Origin: Candidatus Marinacidobacterium sp.
GTDB taxonomy: Bacteria > Acidobacteriota > Vicinamibacteria > Marinacidobacterales > Marinacidobacteraceae
Direction of reading: 5' to 3'
DNA length: 64,000 nt
Assembly: GCA_965220965.1 (NCBI GenBank)
Contig: OZ244852.1
Coordinates: 2,368,001 to 2,432,000 of the forward strand
The notes under the pieces are model-generated. The model saw only the letters and a program-made list of their open reading frames with translations. It did not search any database and was not told where the DNA came from. The stretch's first letter is position 1; every line of letters starts with the position of its first letter. A program made the position numbers and the translations under genes. Below are positions 58,701 through 64,000 of the stretch, piece after piece.

Positions 58701-60127
58701 ACGAGGAGGGGCATCTGTTCCTCTCCGGGCGCCGCAAGGACGTCATCGTGAACCGGGGCGGACGCAACATCTACCCCGACGAGCTCGAGGAGATCTACGC
58801 CGATGAGGCGCTGATCGAGGAGATGACCGTCGTCGGCCTTCCGGACGGCTCGGCGGAGACCCCGGCCGCCGTCGTCGTCGCGAAGGATGGGGCTCCCGGC
58901 GGGGAAGGCGCCGTCCGCGCCCGTTTCCGCGACGTCGGCGCCCGGCTGCCGCTCCACAAGCGGATCGGCATCGTGGAATTCCATGAGGGCCCGCTGCCGC
59001 GCACGACCACCCGCAAGGTGAAGCGGCGCGAAGTGCTGCGCTGGCTCGCCGCCCGCCGCCGTGACGCCGCTTCGGCGGAGAGCGAGGACACCGCCGCCCG
59101 CAGCCGGCTCTTCGAGCTCGTGGCGTCGGCGTGCGAGCGGCCGGCGTCGGGGCTGCGGAGCGGCTCCCGTTTCGCCGAACTGGGTTTCGACAGCCTGATG
59201 TTCAACGATCTGGCCGCCGCGGTCGGAACCGAGTTCGGGGTGATCGTCGCCCCCGAGGATCTGGCCCGGATGGAAACCCTTGGGGACCTCTCGGACGCCG
59301 TCGGGCCGGCGCGGGCGCGAACGAAGGCCGCTCGCCGCCCATCGGAACGGAAGGCCGAGACGTCCGAGATCGAGATCCCTCCGGCGCTCGCGCGCGCCGG
59401 CCGCGCCGGTCTCACCCAGGTCCAGCACTGGTTCTACCACCAGGTGCTCGAGCCGACCTTCAGCGGGCGCGCCTACGTCCCGTCCCACACCCACTACCTG
59501 GTCGTCGCGAACCACTCCTCCCACCTCGACATGGGGCTGGTCAAGATGGCGCTCGGGGACCAGGGCTCGAATCTCGTCGTTCTGGCCGCCGCCGATTACT
59601 TCTTCGACAACCGGGTGAAGCGGACCTTCTTCCACAACTTCACGAACCTGGTCCCGATGGAGCGGCGAGGTTCGCTCAAGCAGTCGCTCGAGATGGCCGC
59701 CGGGTATCTCGACCAGGGCCACAGCGTGCTGATCTTCCCGGAGGGAACCCGCTCGCGCAGCGGGGAGATCGCGCCCTTCCGGCGGGGGTTCGCGCACCTC
59801 GCCTACCGCTGCGGCGTCGGCGTGCTCCCGATGCATCTGAACACCTGGAACGCCTTTCCGCCGGGCGCGGTGGGCCTCAGATCGCGCCGGGTGACCGCGC
59901 GCATCGGCCCCTTCCTGTCGCACGAGTTCCTCGTCGGATTCGATGCCGGAGGCCCTCGCCGGGCTCGTGACCAGGCGGTGGCCGACCTGGTCCAGACGAT
60001 GGTGGAGCGGCTCTCCCGGGGAGAGCCGGTCCAGCTCGACGAGCTGGCGGAGCGCTTCCGTCCGTCTCCGGGGGAAGCCGACGCCGCGGCGCGGGAGTCC
60101 TCCGGGGCCGCGGCTCCGGTCGGCTGA
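55748..60127 (+). CDS. Multidomain fatty acyl reductase / AMP-ligase / ACP / acyltransferase, ElbD-like
   Basis: FAR GGTGFLGK and YTYTK; adenylation FTSGTTGSPKG, GYGLTE, TGDLG; ACP LGFDSL; PlsC NHSSHLD and FPEGTRS. Confidence 0.9.
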   Translation: MTETAPRPRIDLGEAFAGKGILLLGGTGFLGKVVVGMLLEHFPDIRRLYLMVRARDLEGSRTRFREMVEESAAYEPLRRRHGDRRWEFLDERVEVLGGDITEEDFGYSEEEAARVAGDIDLVLNCSGRVEFNPPLENSMATNVRGTQNVIAFARRMRRPALVHISTCFVAGNRAGEIYEDEPLIGYFPRRDREDQEFRVDREIEDCERLAARVRDESNDKSRADEFREAARRRFREEGRNPDDARALRLAIAAERRNWVRRRLRDLGIEKARGWGWPNIYTYTKSLGDQLVAEADGLARAIVRPSVVESSLAFPVTGWNEGFTTSAPLVRMALRGQNLFPVKEGVVLDVVPVDLVASVTLAVAAETMVTEPRLVYQVCSGDKNPSEASRLVDLVGIYKRRHFQNKPGGLKLWNEVLGRMEATKVRSDRFEKHTLKWMRRSAQGLQDALDRASGEPLGPLVTAVDHLRTQVRGFDHFVSQGERHYHTFRPFIAGERFIFRADNTRDLFSRLDGNDGRLYFNPEEIDWYDYWLHVHLPGLEKWVFPTLEREERGRPRRVYQYKSIVELFESSTRNHAGRVAMRITRGGREERITYADLRECVQRAAGFLRAAGFGPGDHIGLLAENAPEWGMAYLAIARIGAVAIPLDRDTRPADVQRLLAAGDAKALILSDALHDRHGAMGAGESGPGFRDIPFAELFALEDEAEEERRIADLPPPPTATSLASILFTSGTTGSPKGVMLTHRNFTSLVAKLLTLYDIGPKDGALSVLPLHHSFEFTTGFLLPLSRGAQIAYLDELSGDTITRELRKGQTTCIVGVPALWEMFRKNLLKKFGDRSPRAEDLAVALVDAAYLLREDTGLNLGPALFLPIHAALGGRIRYLISGASALSETDWKFFRGLGFHLAQGYGLTEAAPVLTVTPPEGRIPLGSAGKPLPGIEVRIAEPDASGVGEVIARGPNVMLGYYANEEATSEVLRDGWLHTGDLGRLDEEGHLFLSGRRKDVIVNRGGRNIYPDELEEIYADEALIEEMTVVGLPDGSAETPAAVVVAKDGAPGGEGAVRARFRDVGARLPLHKRIGIVEFHEGPLPRTTTRKVKRREVLRWLAARRRDAASAESEDTAARSRLFELVASACERPASGLRSGSRFAELGFDSLMFNDLAAAVGTEFGVIVAPEDLARMETLGDLSDAVGPARARTKAARRPSERKAETSEIEIPPALARAGRAGLTQVQHWFYHQVLEPTFSGRAYVPSHTHYLVVANHSSHLDMGLVKMALGDQGSNLVVLAAADYFFDNRVKRTFFHNFTNLVPMERRGSLKQSLEMAAGYLDQGHSVLIFPEGTRSRSGEIAPFRRGFAHLAYRCGVGVLPMHLNTWNAFPPGAVGLRSRRVTARIGPFLSHEFLVGFDAGGPRRARDQAVADLVQTMVERLSRGEPVQLDELAERFRPSPGEADAAARESSGAAAPVG

Positions 60128-60143
60128 GAAGGGGTCGGCCGCC

Positions 60144-61178
60144 ATGCCGGAAGAAGAGGGTCCGGGACCGTCCGGGCCGGACCCGACGCGCCCGGTCCTG
60201 GTCACCGGGGGAACCGGGTTCCTCGGGACCCACCTGCTCGATGTGCTGCTGGGAGGCGACCGCGATGGCGCCGCGCCCCTTCGTGTTCTGGCGCGCGAAC
60301 CCGCGCCGAGGCTCGCCGCGCGCGGCGTCGAAGTCGTGGAGGGGGACCTCCTCGAGGGGCCGGGGCTCGAGGTGGCGCTGGGCGGAGTCCGTGCGGTGTT
60401 CCACCTGGCTGGCATGGTGTCCCGCGATCCCGACGCCGCCGCCCGGCTCCAGCAGGTCCACGTGGACGGCGCCCGCCGTCTCGCCGGGCTGGCCCGCGCC
60501 GCCGGCGTCGAGCGGATCGTGCTGGTCTCGACCAGCGGGACGATCGCGGTGACCACGGGCCCCGAGCCGGAACTCGAGGAGTCGGCGCCGACCCCGATCG
60601 ACCAGATCGGGGGCTGGCCCTACTACCGCAGCAAGTGGCTCCAGGAGCGCGCCCTGCTCTCCGCGGCGGAGGACCTGGAGGTCGTCGTCGTGAACCCCTC
60701 GCTGCTTCTCGGTCCGGGAGACGAGCGGCTGTCCTCGACCGGGGATGTGCTCCGGTTCCTCGCCGGGGAGGTTCGCGTGATCCCGCCCGGAGGGCTGAAC
60801 TTCGTGGACGTCCGGGACGCCGCCGCGAGCGTGGCCTCGGCGATGACCCGGGGCCGGCCGGGACACCGCTACCTGCTCGGCGGCCACAACTGGAGCTTCG
60901 CCGACTTCTTCGCCCGCCTGGGCGAGGTCTCCGGCCTGACCGCCCCCCGCCTGCGGCTCCCGAAGGAGGTCTATACCGCCGCCGCGCTCGTCTCCGAGGA
61001 GGCGGCGCGACAGTTGGGTCGCGAACCCGCGGTGGACCGGATCAGCCGCGAGATGGCCGCGAGTTACTGGTATTTCAGTTCGGCGAAGGCGGAGCGGGAA
61101 CTCGGCCACACGGCGCGCGACGGTCGCCTCACCCTGCTGGAGACGGTTCGCTGGCTCGACGGTCGCGGGCTGGCCTGA
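60144..61178 (+). CDS. NAD-dependent epimerase/dehydratase, ElbE-like
   Basis: VTGGTGFLG, HLAG, YYRSK, VNPS, FVDVRD. Confidence 0.88.
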   Translation: MPEEEGPGPSGPDPTRPVLVTGGTGFLGTHLLDVLLGGDRDGAAPLRVLAREPAPRLAARGVEVVEGDLLEGPGLEVALGGVRAVFHLAGMVSRDPDAAARLQQVHVDGARRLAGLARAAGVERIVLVSTSGTIAVTTGPEPELEESAPTPIDQIGGWPYYRSKWLQERALLSAAEDLEVVVVNPSLLLGPGDERLSSTGDVLRFLAGEVRVIPPGGLNFVDVRDAAASVASAMTRGRPGHRYLLGGHNWSFADFFARLGEVSGLTAPRLRLPKEVYTAAALVSEEAARQLGREPAVDRISREMAASYWYFSSAKAERELGHTARDGRLTLLETVRWLDGRGLA

Positions 61179-61217
61179 CGCGGGAACCGCCCAGGCAAGG
61201 GGTCGCGCCCTCTCGTC

Positions 61218-62141
61218 TCACTCCCGGCGGATCCGGATCGCTCCCGGCGCCACCGAGACGGTGACGCCTCCCCGCGCGTGGGCCTGCTCCCCGTCGACCT
61301 CCAGGCTCATTCCCGCGGGCCCGACGGGGTCGAGCGGCTCGATCCGCATGCGCCGCACCGGACGGTGCTCGATCGCGCGGTGCCCGAAGTGGGTCCCCTG
61401 GACGAGGCGCGCCACCGCGTCCAGAACCGCCACCGGGCCGAGGGGGCCGATGAGCACCGCGTCGAGCAGGCCGTCGCCGGGATTCGCGGGGGGCGCGAGC
61501 GGGATGCCTCCCCCGATGCGCCGGGTGTTCAGCAGCGAGACGTTGAGCAGCAGTCGCGGACGGTCCGGCGCATCGTCGAGCGCGACCCGGTAGCGTCCGG
61601 CGCGGGAGGAGATCAGCTCCCGGGCGGCGGCCGCCGCGTAGGAGCCTCCGCCGAGGCGGCCGCTGCCGGCGCGGGCGCGTTCGTTCACGGCGGCGGCGAG
61701 CCCGACCGAACAACTGTTCAGGAAAGTGAGCGCGGGGCCGTCAGCGGATTCAACCCGCCCCAGGTCGGTGGGTTGCGCCCGGCTGCGGGCGAGGAACCGG
61801 ACCGCGTCGGCCAGCCGTCCCGGCGTTCCCACCGCCTGGGCGAAGTCGTTGCCCGTTCCCGACGGAAGAAGTCCGAGTTCGGCAACCGCCGCGGCGTTCT
61901 CCGCCGCCTGGGACAGCCCCCGCGCGGTCTCGGAGGCGGTGCCGTCGCCTCCGAACGCCACGATCAGTTCCCGTTCGCCGGCCTCGCGCCGGGCGATGTC
62001 CACGGCCTCCTTCGGCCCCCTCGTCCAGACGAGGTCATGGCCTCCGATTTGTTCCGCGACCGCTGGCGCGACCGCGCGCCACCGCGCCCGCGCCCGTCCC
62101 CGCCCGGCCGCCGGGTTCCCGATGACCAGAACCCGGCTCAC
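61218..62141 (-). CDS. Diacylglycerol/lipid kinase (YegS/DgkB family); start 62141 or 62234
   Basis: NPAAG, GGDGT, PSGTGNDFA, DGLLD, VDGE. Confidence 0.9.
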   Translation of the reverse strand: MSRVLVIGNPAAGRGRARARWRAVAPAVAEQIGGHDLVWTRGPKEAVDIARREAGERELIVAFGGDGTASETARGLSQAAENAAAVAELGLLPSGTGNDFAQAVGTPGRLADAVRFLARSRAQPTDLGRVESADGPALTFLNSCSVGLAAAVNERARAGSGRLGGGSYAAAAARELISSRAGRYRVALDDAPDRPRLLLNVSLLNTRRIGGGIPLAPPANPGDGLLDAVLIGPLGPVAVLDAVARLVQGTHFGHRAIEHRPVRRMRIEPLDPVGPAGMSLEVDGEQAHARGGVTVSVAPGAIRIRRE

Positions 62142-62350
62142 GTGGCGCAGCCCGCCTTCACGCCGGATCGCTGCGCCCGCGAGCGCCCGCGGGCGTATGC
62201 TTTCCTCTTGCGGGCCATCGCGAGGTTCCGGCATCGCGCCGGGGCGCGCCCGGACTCCCGAAGCGCCATGAACCCCCCTCCCGTCCAGCCCGACCCGGAA
62301 TTCCCGCCGGCTGGCGTCGCCGGCGCGCCCGGAGACCCGGAGGCGCGGGC

Positions 62351-63094
62351 TTGAAGGGACTCTTCGCCCGGATCGGGCGGCACACCTCGGCGGCGCTGGC
62401 GTGGATCCGGGACAGCATCGCGCACGGGATCATACGGGCGCGGATCCCGCCGAACGCGCTGACGCTCGCCGGGCCGGTGGCGATGGCTTTCGTCTTCTGG
62501 CCGGTGCTCGAGGGCAGGCTCCAGCTCGCCGGCTGGGTCGTCCTGCTCGCCGTCGCCTTCGATTCGCTGGACGGCGCGGTGGCGAGGACCTCGGGCCGGG
62601 TCTCCCGGTTCGGCGCCTACCTCGACTCGGTGGTGGACCGCTACGCGGACATGCTGCTGCTGTTTGCGCTGCTCGTCCATGTGCTCCAGGCGTTCTCCCC
62701 GGAGTCCCGGCCCCTCTGGTTCGGCCTGTGGTGCGCGACGGCGGTCGGGACTGTCGGGACGTCCTACGCCCGGGCCCGCGCCGAGGTGCTCATCCCGAAC
62801 TGCGCCGTCGGCTTCCTCGAGCGTCCGGAGCGCACGGTAACGATCATCATCGGCCTCTGGGCCGGCAACGTCCACATCGCGATCCTCATCATGGCCCTGT
62901 GGTCGAACCTGATCGCGGTGCAGCGGGTCGTCTTCACCCACCGCATCCTCCGCCACGGCGAGGCGTCCGCCGAGACGGCCTCCCGTTTCCTCTACTGGAG
63001 GTACGCCCGCGGCTCCGCCGAGCACACGATGCAGTCGGTGGCGTTCACCCTGCTCCTGATCTTCGGCCACCTGCTCCTCCCGACGCCCTACTGA
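62351..63094 (+). CDS. CDP-alcohol phosphatidyltransferase (PIPS/PgsA-like)
   Basis: PNALT, DSLDGAVAR...FGAYLDSVVDR signature, SYARARAE, ERPER. Confidence 0.9.
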   Translation: MKGLFARIGRHTSAALAWIRDSIAHGIIRARIPPNALTLAGPVAMAFVFWPVLEGRLQLAGWVVLLAVAFDSLDGAVARTSGRVSRFGAYLDSVVDRYADMLLLFALLVHVLQAFSPESRPLWFGLWCATAVGTVGTSYARARAEVLIPNCAVGFLERPERTVTIIIGLWAGNVHIAILIMALWSNLIAVQRVVFTHRILRHGEASAETASRFLYWRYARGSAEHTMQSVAFTLLLIFGHLLLPTPY

Positions 63095-63185
63095 GGCCGG
63101 TCGGTAGCGCGTGGTTTTCCAACGGCCAGGCCGAGCGCCGGATCCCTCCTCGATCGGTCAGATATAGACTCAATCCGGAGGCGTC

Positions 63186-64000
63186 ATGTCCGACGAAACC
63201 GGAGGGGGGCTGCACCTCCCTGACCTGAAGATCACCGACTTTCGGGGCATCCGCAGTCTCTCGATCCAGCGCCTGGGTCGGGTCTCGCTCATCGCGGGAC
63301 GTAATGGGGTCGGCAAGTCCACGGTCCTCGAGGCGGTTCGTGTGTATGCGGCGCGGGCGCGACCGGCGCTCCTGGAGGAGCTCCTTTATGGGCGAGACGA
63401 ATTCGCGTCTGCGCCTGAGGACGACGACGGCTGGCCGTGGGGGGACCCGGACTACGGCGCCCTCTTCCACGGCAGGTCCATCGACCGGGGACGTCCCATC
63501 AGCATCGGACCCGCCGTCGGCCACGACGACGTGCGGATTCGACTCCTGGCTCCCACTGACACTCACTTGCCTGACCGTGCGAAGCAATTGTTCAAGGAGG
63601 CGCCTCCGGAAGGCGGTATCCAGGTCATGCAAGTCCAGCATAAGGGAGAGCAGCGGTTCGTTCCTTCGTACGCCGCGCGTGCGTTCAGTTCCCAATGGAC
63701 AGGAGTTCGCTGGAACCACACGAGGCGCAGGCTGCCCGACTCCGAGGGATGGCCCGTCATGCGCTGCAATCCGCTGGGTCCCGACATGCCACGCAATGAA
63801 GATCTCGCGCGCTTCTGGGACCAGGTGGCCCTGACCGGGGAAGAGCAACTGGCCCTGCGCGCCATGAATCTTGGGGGCAGCGGCATTGAAGGCGTTGCCG
63901 TCGTGGGTGACGATCGTGGGCGTGGCGTGGGTCGCCGCGTCGTGGTTCGAGTGAATGGCCATGAGGGGCCTGTGCCGCTGAAGAGCCTCGGTGACGGGGT
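63186..64000 (+). CDS. ABC/AAA_15-AAA_21-type ATPase (partial, runs off the window)
   Basis: Manual translation, open to the window end: DFRGI, Walker A GRNGVGKST, ABC-signature-like SLGDG at the end. SD GGAGG; TAGACT upstream. Confidence 0.85.
   Translation, partial: MSDETGGGLHLPDLKITDFRGIRSLSIQRLGRVSLIAGRNGVGKSTVLEAVRVYAARARPALLEELLYGRDEFASAPEDDDGWPWGDPDYGALFHGRSIDRGRPISIGPAVGHDDVRIRLLAPTDTHLPDRAKQLFKEAPPEGGIQVMQVQHKGEQRFVPSYAARAFSSQWTGVRWNHTRRRLPDSEGWPVMRCNPLGPDMPRNEDLARFWDQVALTGEEQLALRAMNLGGSGIEGVAVVGDDRGRGVGRRVVVRVNGHEGPVPLKSLGDG

Overview
This is a very GC-rich bacterial chromosomal window spanning the replication-origin region. Gene order (gyrA-gyrB-dnaN-oriC-dnaA | rpmH-rnpA-yidD-yidC-rsmG-parS-parA-parB-bactofilin-atpF'FHAGDC, with atpIBE elsewhere) resembles Acidobacteriota/deltaproteobacterial genomes; the lineage is an inference. 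The left part holds secreted hydrolases, a TonB receptor, two tRNAs, envelope/sugar genes, an eroded glmU plus an isomerase-only glmS-like gene, pcrA and pyrE. The right part holds a tandem pair of small membrane-protein paralogs, a 7-kb restriction-modification island (Type III res-mod plus a Type II-like MTase/REase pair) and an approximately 11-kb lipid locus. That locus has fabH, an elbB-C-D-E-like ether-lipid operon (HAD phosphatase, LarA-like protein with apparent nickel-pincer ligands, reductase-adenylation-ACP-acyltransferase megaenzyme, SDR), a diacylglycerol kinase and a CDP-alcohol phosphotransferase. Most notable signals: (1) the extended ether-lipid locus and its LarA-family enzyme; (2) an oriC with recurring non-canonical NTTTC(A/G)ACA boxes alongside substitutions in the DnaA recognition helix; (3) a palindromic bidirectional leaderless promoter; (4) half-domain glmU/glmS; (5) a one-base frameshift in gyrB. 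All calls come from motif recognition by eye; no database searches were run.
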